Positions 8,535 to 17,656 of a stretch of 64,000 nucleotides of DNA are shown here, piece by piece. Below the pieces are notes generated by a model, which was not told the origin of the DNA, ran no database searches, and worked only from the letters and a program-made list of their open reading frames with translations. Position numbers and translations under genes: made by a program. The stretch spans positions 32,001 through 96,000 of the IMG/VR virus record IMGVR_UViG_2751185783_000001. One strand, written 5' to 3'. Position 1 is the stretch's first letter. Every line of letters starts with the position of its first letter. This DNA is from a virus (lineage: Duplodnaviria > Caudoviricetes).

Positions 8535-8809
8535 GTCTGGGTGTCGACGGGGATGTTGAACCCGACGGCCGAAGCGAGCCGCTCGAGCTGCTCGCGGTAG
8601 CGAATGGCGATCTCTGTACCGGGCTGCCCGCCACGTTCGTAGTAGGCGATTGATCCGTGGCTGACCCGAATCTCGCGGGCAAGGCGGCGAAGGCTGACGT
8701 TCGCGGCGTCCCTGATTGCGCGGCGGATATGGGGTGCGGGGAGCCGGGTGAGGGTGACTTCCTCGGCGAGGGTGAGCGCCCTGATGGGCGGAGTGATGGT
8801 GTCGGTCAT
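8531..8809 (-). CDS. Cro/XRE-type HTH protein
   Basis: RRAIRDAANVSLRRLAREIRVSHGSIAYYERGGQP. Confidence 0.8.
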   Translation of the reverse strand: MTDTITPPIRALTLAEEVTLTRLPAPHIRRAIRDAANVSLRRLAREIRVSHGSIAYYERGGQPGTEIAIRYREQLERLASAVGFNIPVDTQT

Positions 8810-8879
8810 AGGGCCGATCGTATAAGACGCGGCGTCAATCGCCTAGCGATTGACAAAGAGTCGTGCTAGCTTCATTCCC
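8810..8879. promoter_or_regulatory. Divergent promoter region with palindromic operator
   Basis: GTCAATCGC-CTA-GCGATTGAC (8834-8854). A -10-like hexamer lies 7 nt before each ATG (TAGCTT on plus, TACGAT on minus), suggesting leaderless starts. Confidence 0.6.
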
Positions 8880-10421
8880 ATGCCCCTGACAGTGACCGCC
8901 TACCAGGCACCCGACACCGGCCCCACCACACAGCCCGTGCCGGCCACCGTGGAGACCAGCTGGTTCGAGCGCGCCCTGAACGCGTTCACCGACGGCCCCG
9001 CAACCACCCTCACCGCCGCCCTGCTCTCCGCACTCATCGCCGGACTCGGCGTCTACTTCTTCACCCGCCGCCCCGGCAAAAACGACTTCAGCAAGCAGCT
9101 CATGTACATCCCGCTGCTCCTCGTCAACGGCGCCGCCGTCTACGGACAGGTCGCCTTCTTCTACGAGACCGTCGCCCCCACCGCCTGGGCCGTCCCCGGC
9201 AAAATCCTCCTCGCCGTCGTCATCGCCCTCGCCATCGAATCCATCTCGATCTACGTCGGCTGGCACGCCCACGACGCGCTCATCAACAAACTCGGCCACA
9301 CCGCCGCCCGCCTGCGCCGCGCCTCCTACGGCATCGCCGGACTCGTCGCCGCCATCAACTACGCCCACTTCGCCGACTTCTCCGACCGCACCGGTAACCG
9401 CCTCGGCCTCAACGCCGCATCCGTCGCGTTCGGCCTGCTCTCCCTGATCAGCCCCTGGCTGTGGGGACTGCACTCCCGTCGGCTCAAGAACCTGCAACTC
9501 GCCAAGGAAGGCGTCATCGACGCCACCGGCGCCGTGTTCTCCGGCGAACGCGTTCGCTCCTTCCCGCTGCGCTCCTACCTCGCCCGGCGCTGGTCCATCG
9601 ACCGGTACATCACCGACCCGCGGCAGGCGTGGCGCGGCTACAACCACGAACTGCGGATGCGGTGGGCCGCCGACGTCGACCAGCCCGGCTGGTGGCTGCG
9701 CATCAACCCGGCCGCCAGGGTCAAGCAGCTCGCCGAAACCCTCACCGGGCAGAAGCAGCTGTCGTGGGCGATCGCCCTGCACGCCGAAACCCTCACCGGT
9801 GAACTCACCTCCACCCGCGCCGCGGTCGGTGCCGCCGAACGAAACGCCGCCGCGCAGACCGCCCGGGTTACCGCCCTCACCGAGGAACGGGACACCCTCA
9901 CCGGTGAGCTTGAGACGGCCCGCGCCGACATCGAAGACCTCACCGACCAGTTGACCCAGGCGACCTCCGACATCCAGTCCGCGCGCCACGAAATGGCCCT
10001 CACCGTTGAGGCCCGCGACGACCGGATCCGGGAGTTGGAGAAGACCCTTACCGACACCGTCGACAGGCTTACCGGTGAGAACGCTGACGCTCTCCGTAAG
10101 GCGCAGGCGGAGTACACCTCGAAGCTGGCGATCGCCCGCGCCGAGGCTCGGGTGCCGCGCCTCGACGACCGTCGCGGTAAGGCGTCCCCGGTGACCTCGC
10201 CGGCCTCCACCGGTAGGGCCTCACTGACCGATGAAGACGCTGTTCAGAAGATGCTTACCGAGCAGTCCGACCCGAGTTTCGAGTGGTCGAAGAACGCCGT
10301 CCGGGAGCTTCTCGGTGTGGGGTTCGGTAGGGCCGAGAAGCTCATCCCGATGTGGCTTACCGCCGCCCGTGAGAACGCCTCCGGTAAGCCGTCCGGTGGG
10401 GTTGTGGCGGTGAACCAGTGA
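8880..10421 (+). CDS. Multi-pass membrane protein with coiled coil and C-terminal HTH (spread/SpdB-like)
   Basis: Several N-terminal hydrophobic helices, a heptad region, and the HTH-like tail WSKNAVRELLGVGFGRAEKL. Confidence 0.65.
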   Translation: MPLTVTAYQAPDTGPTTQPVPATVETSWFERALNAFTDGPATTLTAALLSALIAGLGVYFFTRRPGKNDFSKQLMYIPLLLVNGAAVYGQVAFFYETVAPTAWAVPGKILLAVVIALAIESISIYVGWHAHDALINKLGHTAARLRRASYGIAGLVAAINYAHFADFSDRTGNRLGLNAASVAFGLLSLISPWLWGLHSRRLKNLQLAKEGVIDATGAVFSGERVRSFPLRSYLARRWSIDRYITDPRQAWRGYNHELRMRWAADVDQPGWWLRINPAARVKQLAETLTGQKQLSWAIALHAETLTGELTSTRAAVGAAERNAAAQTARVTALTEERDTLTGELETARADIEDLTDQLTQATSDIQSARHEMALTVEARDDRIRELEKTLTDTVDRLTGENADALRKAQAEYTSKLAIARAEARVPRLDDRRGKASPVTSPASTGRASLTDEDAVQKMLTEQSDPSFEWSKNAVRELLGVGFGRAEKLIPMWLTAARENASGKPSGGVVAVNQ

Positions 10422-10683
10422 CCCGTCTCCGGGCCGCTCACCGGTTGCTTGCGGTGGGGGCTATCGGTGCGGGGCTCGTCGTCTTGCGCGATGGGTTCAC
10501 CGGTGACCTCACCGCCCACCCGGCCGCCGTCTTGATCTGGGCGGTGTCGACCGTCGGCGTGGGGCTTACCGCCCGCGCGATGCGCCGGACTGCTTACCGC
10601 AACACCCACCACCAGACCCCCAAGGAGAACTGACATGACCGAACCGATCGACACCACCGCCACCGCCGAGGTGACCCTCACCG
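9741..10683. repeat. Dispersed intragenic array of CTYACCG / CGGTRAG
   Basis: 15 forward and 4 reverse exact copies counted by hand, including the palindrome CTCACCGGTGAG (9897) and near-palindrome CTTACCGGTGAG (10068). Confidence 0.75.
10418..10633 (+). CDS. Small two-TM membrane protein
   Basis: GTGA-coupled; two hydrophobic segments. Confidence 0.55.
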   Translation: MTRLRAAHRLLAVGAIGAGLVVLRDGFTGDLTAHPAAVLIWAVSTVGVGLTARAMRRTAYRNTHHQTPKEN

Positions 10684-10859
10684 TCAACGGCCTCACCAAG
10701 ACGTTCACCGCCACCGTCGCCACCAACGGAGACCCCGCCACCGCCGCCCGGTCCGCCCTCGAAGCCGTCGACAACGACGCCACCCAGTGGACGTACAAGG
10801 AGCTGCGGTACGAGCTTGCGGATGCCGTCCGGCAGGAACTCGCGGAGAACCTGCGATGA
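10635..10859 (+). CDS. Hypothetical protein
   Basis: AAGGAG RBS; GC3-rich codons; operon position. Confidence 0.6.
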   Translation: MTEPIDTTATAEVTLTVNGLTKTFTATVATNGDPATAARSALEAVDNDATQWTYKELRYELADAVRQELAENLR

Positions 10860-11053
10860 CCACCGTGTCCCGTGAGGTAGTCCGTAAGGTGCCTGCAACC
10901 GTTGTGACCAGGCGAAACACGAGCCTGAACGTGATCGACGGGCAGGCGCGGCCCACCCGCAAAGTCGCCGCCGAGGCGACCAAGTTCCTGGCCCTGCTGA
11001 TCCTCGCCCTGCTGTTCGCCGGCGGTTTTGCCGCGAGCCTCGGCTACCTCTGA
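10856..11053 (+). CDS. Small membrane protein with C-terminal TM
   Basis: ATGA-coupled start (MTTVSREV); FLALLILALLFAGGFAASL. Confidence 0.55.
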   Translation: MTTVSREVVRKVPATVVTRRNTSLNVIDGQARPTRKVAAEATKFLALLILALLFAGGFAASLGYL

Positions 11054-11102
11054 CCACCCCTCGAAAAGCCGTGCCGAGCACGCACAGAAAGGACCTCAGG
11101 CC

Positions 11103-11555
11103 ATGACCAGCCCCCACCCCATGCCCGATGTGCGTGCATGCACGCACAAAGACAACACGCCTCCTGCCGGGCGTCCCACCAGGGAAAACGCGCCTGGCAG
11201 GCCCTCTCTGAGGGTCGTACCGGCTCCCACGCACATCGCGGAGACCCCGGAAACGGATCAGGACCCTACGGCCTTCTCCGAGCTGCGTACGTCCATCCGA
11301 TCCCACCGCGCCGCCGCCGAACACCCGCCCACCATCGCCGAAGCCGCAGCCACCTGGTGGCCCGACCGCGACCACACCCGCCACGGGATCGCCGGCCAAC
11401 TCGCCAGCGCCGCCGCCGGGCTCGTCCAGCTGATCGGCCTCGCCGCGACGTGGGCCACCGCCCACGTCTTCTTCGGCACCAAAACCCGGGCTGCGATCTT
11501 CGGCCTGCTGATGCTGCTGTCCCTGACCACCTGCACCGCGCTCGACCACCTCTAA
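11103..11555 (+). CDS. Membrane protein of transfer/spread operon
   Basis: Two C-terminal hydrophobic segments; operon position. Confidence 0.5.
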   Translation: MTSPHPMPDVRACTHKDNTPPAGRPTRENAPGRPSLRVVPAPTHIAETPETDQDPTAFSELRTSIRSHRAAAEHPPTIAEAAATWWPDRDHTRHGIAGQLASAAAGLVQLIGLAATWATAHVFFGTKTRAAIFGLLMLLSLTTCTALDHL

Positions 11556-11574
11556 CCCCAGGAAGGGGAGCCCC

Positions 11575-12468
11575 ATGACCGAGTGGCTCAACGCCCACTA
11601 CCTGCAACTCGCCGCCATTGCCGTCGGGTTCCTGCTCCGCTGGGGAGCAGGGCAGTTCCTCGCCAACGCCACCAAGACCGGCAAAGGCGGGGCCCCTCGC
11701 AACGGCCAGGACGGCGGCGGAAAGAAGTCCCGCTGGGACAAGACCCGCATCACCAAGTTCGTTGCCCTCGCCTTCTACTTCGCGTCGGGCTGCCTGTTCG
11801 CGTTCGGCGCCTACCCGGCCGCACAGTGGGTCGTGTCCTGGGGTGGCGGGCTCGGCTCCTGGGTGTCCGTCATCTTCGGTGTTCTCACCCTCGCGGCGGG
11901 CTGGCACTCCCTGCACGGACTCGTCGGCCTCGTCCACGACATGACCGACGGCACCCCCGACGACGAAGCGTTCAAAGCCGCGTTCCTCGTCCCGACGACC
12001 ATCCCGCTCGGCTGGGCCGCCCTAGTCGGCCTGTTCACCAACCCGCGGGGTGCCGCAACCGGCGTGGCAGTGCTGGCCGTATCGGTGGTGACCGCCCTCT
12101 ACGCCCACAAGATCCTGAAGAAGACCCACGCCGCGCAGGGCCACTACAAGCTGTGGATGTGGTTCTCCACGATCATCTGCTGGTTCGTCGGGTTCGCCCA
12201 CATCCCCGCCCTCATCTACCTCAACGACTTCGCCGGCGCGCACCTGCCCGAAGGCGTCGCCTGGCTGTTGCGGATCGTCGTCGTCGCGTCCGGGGTGCTG
12301 TTCGCGATGGTCGGCCTCGGTGACGTGCTCCGTGACTGGACCCCGGAGAAGTGGTCGCAGTGGGCGGCCATGTACAGCACCCCGATCTTCTCGGTCCTCA
12401 GTGTCGCCGTGGCCATGGCCACGGCCAGCGCCGAAACCGGCCTGACCACGATCTTCGCGGCGTTCTGA
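11575..12468 (+). CDS. Polytopic membrane protein with internal repeat
   Basis: About 8 hydrophobic helices; the motifs DMTDGTPD and DVLRDWTPE recur. Confidence 0.7.
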   Translation: MTEWLNAHYLQLAAIAVGFLLRWGAGQFLANATKTGKGGAPRNGQDGGGKKSRWDKTRITKFVALAFYFASGCLFAFGAYPAAQWVVSWGGGLGSWVSVIFGVLTLAAGWHSLHGLVGLVHDMTDGTPDDEAFKAAFLVPTTIPLGWAALVGLFTNPRGAATGVAVLAVSVVTALYAHKILKKTHAAQGHYKLWMWFSTIICWFVGFAHIPALIYLNDFAGAHLPEGVAWLLRIVVVASGVLFAMVGLGDVLRDWTPEKWSQWAAMYSTPIFSVLSVAVAMATASAETGLTTIFAAF

Positions 12469-12581
12469 TGCACACCTACATGATCTCGTGGCTGTCGATC
12501 ACCGGAGACGGCCAGTTCAACCACGGCAACACCGACCGCCCGGTCGTCATGAGCTTTTCCCGTTCCGAGGAGGACCAATGA
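12468..12581 (+). CDS. Microprotein, 37 aa
   Basis: TGATG overlap upstream and ATGA overlap downstream. Confidence 0.35.
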   Translation: MHTYMISWLSITGDGQFNHGNTDRPVVMSFSRSEEDQ

Positions 12582-13348
12582 CCCCCACCCCGCCCGGCAA
12601 CACTGGGCGAACCACCGACGACACCAAAGCCGCCGCGTTCTTTACCGGCGCCCTCACCCTCGCCGCCGGCGGCGCAGGCCTGCTCGTCGCCGGGCTCGTC
12701 CTCGGCTTCGACTGGATGCTGCGCGGCGAACCCGCCGACCGGGAACACCTCGCCTCCCGCCGCCGCGCCGACGCCCGCGACCGCTACAACGACTCGTTCG
12801 CCTGGCTGGAAAACGACCGCGCCGAACAGGCCGCCTACCGGCGGGCCCGCCGGGACTGGTTCAACGCCGACCCGGAAACCCGCGGCAACAGCCCCACCAG
12901 CAGCGAAACGTTCGGGCACGTCATGGCCCGGCTGTGGCACCGGTCGGTCGTCGGCGCGAACCGGTTCCGGAAGGGCTGGGCGCACGGCCGGGAGTCCGCC
13001 GAACTGCGGCGCGCGGACGGCGACCCGAACTGGTGGAAACCCAACCTCAACCCGCACCGCATCCCGAACGACCCGTACCCCACCGGCTCGATGCCCGACG
13101 ACCCCGAACCGCAGCCCACCCCCACACCGGCACCCGATCCGAGCGCCGTCATCGACGCCGAGATCGTGCCCGACGTGCCACAGCCCGGCCCCCGCGACGT
13201 GGTGGTAGTCGGCGCCGACACCGACCCGCAGGCCCATTCCGGCGACGCCGCCCGCAACCAGGCCCTCGACAACCTGGCCGCCGAGGTCAACGGCAGCCGC
13301 CCCACTGGCCCCGCCGACCCGTCACCGCCACTGACCGTCATCCGCTGA
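12578..13348 (+). CDS. Transfer-region protein with N-terminal TM and Pro-rich tail
   Basis: GAGGAGG RBS; ATG at 12578; position upstream of the TraB-like gene. Confidence 0.6.
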   Translation: MTPTPPGNTGRTTDDTKAAAFFTGALTLAAGGAGLLVAGLVLGFDWMLRGEPADREHLASRRRADARDRYNDSFAWLENDRAEQAAYRRARRDWFNADPETRGNSPTSSETFGHVMARLWHRSVVGANRFRKGWAHGRESAELRRADGDPNWWKPNLNPHRIPNDPYPTGSMPDDPEPQPTPTPAPDPSAVIDAEIVPDVPQPGPRDVVVVGADTDPQAHSGDAARNQALDNLAAEVNGSRPTGPADPSPPLTVIR

Positions 13349-13364
13349 CCCCCGGGAGAACACC

Positions 13365-13817
13365 ATGAGCACAGCAGTCAGCCCCACAACTGGCGGCAGC
13401 ATCACCCCCAACACCGCCGGACCCGGAACCGCCCTGGCCGCCCCCGGCGGCACCGGAGCAGCCGGCGCCGCCACCATGTCCATGGTCCGCATGACCGCCC
13501 TACTCGAGCAGGCACGCAAGGCCCTGCTGATCCTTCAGGACGTCGGCGTCGACCTGCTCCGCGAGTCCGCCGCCACCAAGGACACCGCCGACTACCTGAC
13601 CGCCTCGTTCGGCGAACGCATCTCCCTCGAGGAGATCGTCACGATCGCAACGATGCTCGGGCAGATCGCCGACGCCAGCCTGAACGTGGTCGCGCAGGGC
13701 CACGACTCGGTCCGGGCGGCGCTGGCCGCGAACTTCCAGGTCCTCGTTGTCCAGGAGCAGCTGCACGCTCTCGGCGCGGACGGCGGCTACGTCGACTCGC
13801 AGCGCCGCGCCGGATAA
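13365..13817 (+). CDS. Small helical transfer-region protein
   Basis: GGAG RBS; amphipathic helices; directly upstream of the TraB-like ATPase. Confidence 0.6.
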   Translation: MSTAVSPTTGGSITPNTAGPGTALAAPGGTGAAGAATMSMVRMTALLEQARKALLILQDVGVDLLRESAATKDTADYLTASFGERISLEEIVTIATMLGQIADASLNVVAQGHDSVRAALAANFQVLVVQEQLHALGADGGYVDSQRRAG

Positions 13818-13917
13818 ACCCGCCCCGCGCACTGCGGTGCCGCCCACGACCCTCACGGTCTGGGCGGTGCCGGATTACACGGGACACCCTACCGCCTGAT
13901 CTTTGGAGACGACCGCC

Positions 13918-16827
13918 ATGACCATGCCTGTAGCCCCGACCCGACCGCCCGCCCCGAAGGGTGCCCTGCCCGCCGGTATCGTGCTGTCCCGCTACTGGAG
14001 GGAATCACCCGGCGGGCCGTTGACCAAACACGACCACGACCGGCCGGTCGACGAGGACACCGACGAGCCGGTCGGACTGTGGTGGATGTGCCCCGCCGCC
14101 GCCACCTGCAAGACCGGCGAGTGGGTGTTCCGCACCGCCGAAGACAAGCCGGGCCGGCCGAAGAAGAAGTTCTGCGCCGAACACGGCACGGAACTGATGC
14201 CGGGCCGCGCCGAACCGGACGACGACAACCCGAAGCAGGCCGCCCGGAACTGGCTACAGCAGCGCCTGACCGAGAAGGCCACCGCCGCGAAGCAGGCCAC
14301 CCGTGACGCCGCCCAGCAGCGCATCGGCGCGCTCCGGGCGGCCGGACGAGACGAAGCGGACCGGCTGCGCCGGGACCTGCGCGAACACGTTCCGTCCGCC
14401 GCGGTGTCGTTCGGCGCGCTGGTTGCCGACTGGGCGCTGCTGTACGAACTCGACGCGCTGCCCACCTACGCCACCGGTGCGGGCCTGGCAGTCGGCGGGA
14501 CGCTGCTCGCCTACTGGGCGGTGTACGTCGGTGAGCTGGTGTGGGCCCGCCGGATGGGCTACACGATCCGGGAGTTGCCGGCGTCGGTGCGGTCCCGCGC
14601 GCGTTCCCGGGCGCGGTGGATCGCCGCGGGGGTTCTGTCGACGGGGGTGTGGCTGCTGATCGCGGAGACGATCGGCGCCGACCTGGGCAACGCGTGGGGT
14701 GTGGTGGCGAACATGATGGCCGCCGTGATGATCGGCGTCGTCAACTACAACCCGTGGCAGGCGATGGTCGAACGCCGCAAGGCCGAAGCCCGTGCCCGGG
14801 TGGAGGCCGCGGAGGAAGCGGCCCGGGCGGAGGAGGAACGCCTCACGGCCGAGGCTGCCGAACGAGACCGGCGCCGCATGGCCGCCGAAGAAGCCGCCCG
14901 TGTTGCGGAGGAAGCCGCCCAGACGGAGGCCCGCAAGATTGTGACCGTCACCGACGACACGGTCACCGCGGGCCGTAAGTTCGCCGAACGCTGGGAGAAG
15001 GTCGCCGCCGACGCGAAGGCCCGCAACATGGGCCCCGGCTTCGAGATCTGGCGCACCGCCGTGGTGCCGGAGCAGACCCGCAAGCTCACCGCCGTTGTCG
15101 GCGGCGAGACCGTGGTGATCGGCCACGAGTTCCTGATCCGTGCCGAACCCGGCGTGCTGGCCCCGCGAAACGGGATGAACGTGTCGCCGTTCTTGCAGAT
15201 GAAGACGTGGCTGTCGTCGATGCTCGAACTCGACGACGGCATGCTTGACCTTGCCTACCAGCCGAAGCGCCTCGACGACGGCAAGACCGACACCGAAGTG
15301 CTGATCAACCACGGGCTGGTGACCCTGTTCGACACCCACCCGCTCGGTGAGGCCGTCAAACACCCCGGCCCGTCGGGCGTGTACACCGACGCGAAGGGCG
15401 CCCGGTGGGGGTTCGCCGGCCGGGACCTGCGCGGCAACCCGGTCTACCGGAGCCGGTGGACGCCCGGGCAGGCCGGTGGTGGTGTGCGGGTGGGTGTGAC
15501 CGGCATGGGCAAGTCGGTGGTGACGCAGGTCGGCGCCTACAACGATCTGCTCCTCGGCATCCTGCCGATCATCCACGATGCGGGTAAGAACGCCATGGAC
15601 TTCGTGGACTTCTACGGCATCATCCCGGTGGGTCACACCATCGAACACCGGGAGATCATCCGGGAGTCGTTGTGGCACGAGATGAAACGACGCCAGGCGT
15701 GGATCAACACGCAGACCGCCGTCGGTCTGGGTGGCATGGAAGTCACCGCCGACCCCACCTGGGATCCGGTCCGTGGCGGCCCGCCGATCCGGTGCACGTG
15801 GGAGGAGTTCCACATGCACATGTCCGACCCGAAGTTCATTCAGTACCTCGGTGCGCAGGTCCGCCTTCAGCGGGCCACCGCCATCATGGCCGAAGGCGCC
15901 TCCCAGGGGTCGGGCCTGGCGGACTGGGGTGACCAGCAGATGAAAGAGCAGATGACCGAAATCTCGCTGGAGATGATGCGGGTCTCCGACCACACCGCGA
16001 GGCTCGCCGGCTACCAGGGCGGGCTGATGCCGTCCACGCTGCCGTCGCTGCCCGGCATGATGGTCAGCCAGGTACTGAAGGGAGATCCGGTCGCCTACCG
16101 GTCGGCGTTCATGCCCCGCGACCCGAGTAACCCCGAGTCGCTGATCTACCGGCTGAAGCGGCCCAACGGCACCCCCGAAGGCGAACAGATCGTGTTCGCC
16201 CCGCAGCTGCCGCCGGAGACCATCGCCGTGTTCAAGGAGCATGGACTGATGGACCTGTGGGAGAAAGGCAAGACCAAGTCTGGTCGAGAGCAGCTTCAGT
16301 CCGAAGCCGACCCGGTCGAGTCGACGGTCATGCCCGACATGCTCGAGGCGATCCTCGGCGGGCAGCCCACCCCGAAGCCGCGGCTGCGCGCCGATGAGGT
16401 CGTCTTGGGCCTGCTGAAGAACGAGGACGACAACGGGCGCGGCGGACTCACCCAGCAGCAGATGCTCGCGTCGCCGTGGTGGGCGCAGATCGAGGGGGAG
16501 TGGACGAAGAACGCCGGCATCCCCTCACACACCACGATCGGCCGGGCCTGCAAGAACCTGTCCGGGCTGGAATCCCCGCTGATCGGCTCCGACGAGGGGA
16601 CCCCCGCCCGCTGGTCGCTGCTGCCCGCAGGGTCGGCACGCGGGGAGCAGGCGTTGACGCTGCTGCGGTCAGCCGGCGTACTCGGCAAGCAGGCCCAATC
16701 CCAGACGCGGGCGTCTGGGATGGACATCGCAGGCCTGGAACGGCAGGCGATGCTCGAGGCCGAACAGGCAGCCCTGATTCAGGAACTGGTGCGGGAAGCT
16801 GCCGGGCTGACAGGACCGGGGCAGTGA
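13918..16827 (+). CDS. TraB/FtsK-SpoIIIE-like membrane ATPase (putative conjugative DNA translocase)
   Basis: N-terminal TMs, coiled coil, Walker A GVTGMGKS, Walker B-like CTWEEFH, PGM motif, C-terminal wHTH-like region. Confidence 0.75.
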   Translation: MTMPVAPTRPPAPKGALPAGIVLSRYWRESPGGPLTKHDHDRPVDEDTDEPVGLWWMCPAAATCKTGEWVFRTAEDKPGRPKKKFCAEHGTELMPGRAEPDDDNPKQAARNWLQQRLTEKATAAKQATRDAAQQRIGALRAAGRDEADRLRRDLREHVPSAAVSFGALVADWALLYELDALPTYATGAGLAVGGTLLAYWAVYVGELVWARRMGYTIRELPASVRSRARSRARWIAAGVLSTGVWLLIAETIGADLGNAWGVVANMMAAVMIGVVNYNPWQAMVERRKAEARARVEAAEEAARAEEERLTAEAAERDRRRMAAEEAARVAEEAAQTEARKIVTVTDDTVTAGRKFAERWEKVAADAKARNMGPGFEIWRTAVVPEQTRKLTAVVGGETVVIGHEFLIRAEPGVLAPRNGMNVSPFLQMKTWLSSMLELDDGMLDLAYQPKRLDDGKTDTEVLINHGLVTLFDTHPLGEAVKHPGPSGVYTDAKGARWGFAGRDLRGNPVYRSRWTPGQAGGGVRVGVTGMGKSVVTQVGAYNDLLLGILPIIHDAGKNAMDFVDFYGIIPVGHTIEHREIIRESLWHEMKRRQAWINTQTAVGLGGMEVTADPTWDPVRGGPPIRCTWEEFHMHMSDPKFIQYLGAQVRLQRATAIMAEGASQGSGLADWGDQQMKEQMTEISLEMMRVSDHTARLAGYQGGLMPSTLPSLPGMMVSQVLKGDPVAYRSAFMPRDPSNPESLIYRLKRPNGTPEGEQIVFAPQLPPETIAVFKEHGLMDLWEKGKTKSGREQLQSEADPVESTVMPDMLEAILGGQPTPKPRLRADEVVLGLLKNEDDNGRGGLTQQQMLASPWWAQIEGEWTKNAGIPSHTTIGRACKNLSGLESPLIGSDEGTPARWSLLPAGSARGEQALTLLRSAGVLGKQAQSQTRASGMDIAGLERQAMLEAEQAALIQELVREAAGLTGPGQ

Positions 16828-16832
16828 CCGTT

Positions 16833-17069
16833 TCAGGAACCGTGGCGCTGTACCCAGATTTCGAGGTAGGCGCTTTCGGGCTGGAAGTCGCTGTAGACCC
16901 AGCGCCGCTTGCGGACAGTGCCCGCAAGGTAGGCCTTCTTGAGGTCGTGATGGTCGTGCGACCTCAAGAAGATCTCATCGCCGGTGGCCGGCACGCCGAA
17001 GGTCGTGTCGAGGGTGTACTTGCCACCGACCGGTTTGCCGTCGGCGTTGTCGATGAGGAATACCTGCAT
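16833..17069 (-). CDS. Hypothetical protein
   Basis: 78-aa globular-looking ORF, antisense insert in the transfer operon. Confidence 0.5.
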   Translation of the reverse strand: MQVFLIDNADGKPVGGKYTLDTTFGVPATGDEIFLRSHDHHDLKKAYLAGTVRKRRWVYSDFQPESAYLEIWVQRHGS

Positions 17070-17123
17070 GAGCTGAGGGTAGCGGCCGGATCGCTGTATG
17101 ACGATCTGGCCGCTACCGGAGAA

Positions 17124-17615
17124 TCAGCGGGAGAACCGGGCCCCAACGTCGAGGCGCAGCGCCGTGAACCCGCGGTTGATGTGCGCCACGACTTCGGCGA
17201 GCGCCTCCACCCGTACCGGTTCGGTCAGCCCGTCCACAACCCGCCGGGCATGTTCCTGCCCGCCGTCGTTCAGCGCGGCGAACACTGTCCCGGCGCCGGA
17301 ATGGGCGAACGCCAGCTGGGTGATGACGTCCCGGCTGTTCGGACTGTGGGCGACCGCGGCGACCGCAATGGTGTGCGCGGTGAGGATCGGATCGGCGGCG
17401 ACCTCGGCGAGGTGCTGGCCGTAGCAGTCCTGATTCCACAGGTTCGCGGCCACGGCGCGCCAGATCGGGGTGGTGTCGCGGTCCCACATGCCGTTACCGG
17501 GCAGCCGCCGGTCGTCTCCGTATTCCATGGAGTCGGCCCAGTCGGCGCCGGTGGGTGCCGGGAATGGGTGGGTAGGGTCGCAGGGCAGGCCGGTGATGGG
17601 TTCAAAGTCGGTCAC
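17124..17615 (-). CDS. Hypothetical protein
   Basis: 163 aa, GC3-biased codons. Confidence 0.55.
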   Translation of the reverse strand: MTDFEPITGLPCDPTHPFPAPTGADWADSMEYGDDRRLPGNGMWDRDTTPIWRAVAANLWNQDCYGQHLAEVAADPILTAHTIAVAAVAHSPNSRDVITQLAFAHSGAGTVFAALNDGGQEHARRVVDGLTEPVRVEALAEVVAHINRGFTALRLDVGARFSR

Positions 17616-17656
17616 GGATCGACGCTACTGGCTGCCTTCTTCGGGTGGGGTGTCCG

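Noticed and set aside
14254-16242. 662-aa minus-strand ORF
   Set aside because: Antisense shadow of the TraB-like gene; typical of high-GC DNA, no motifs.
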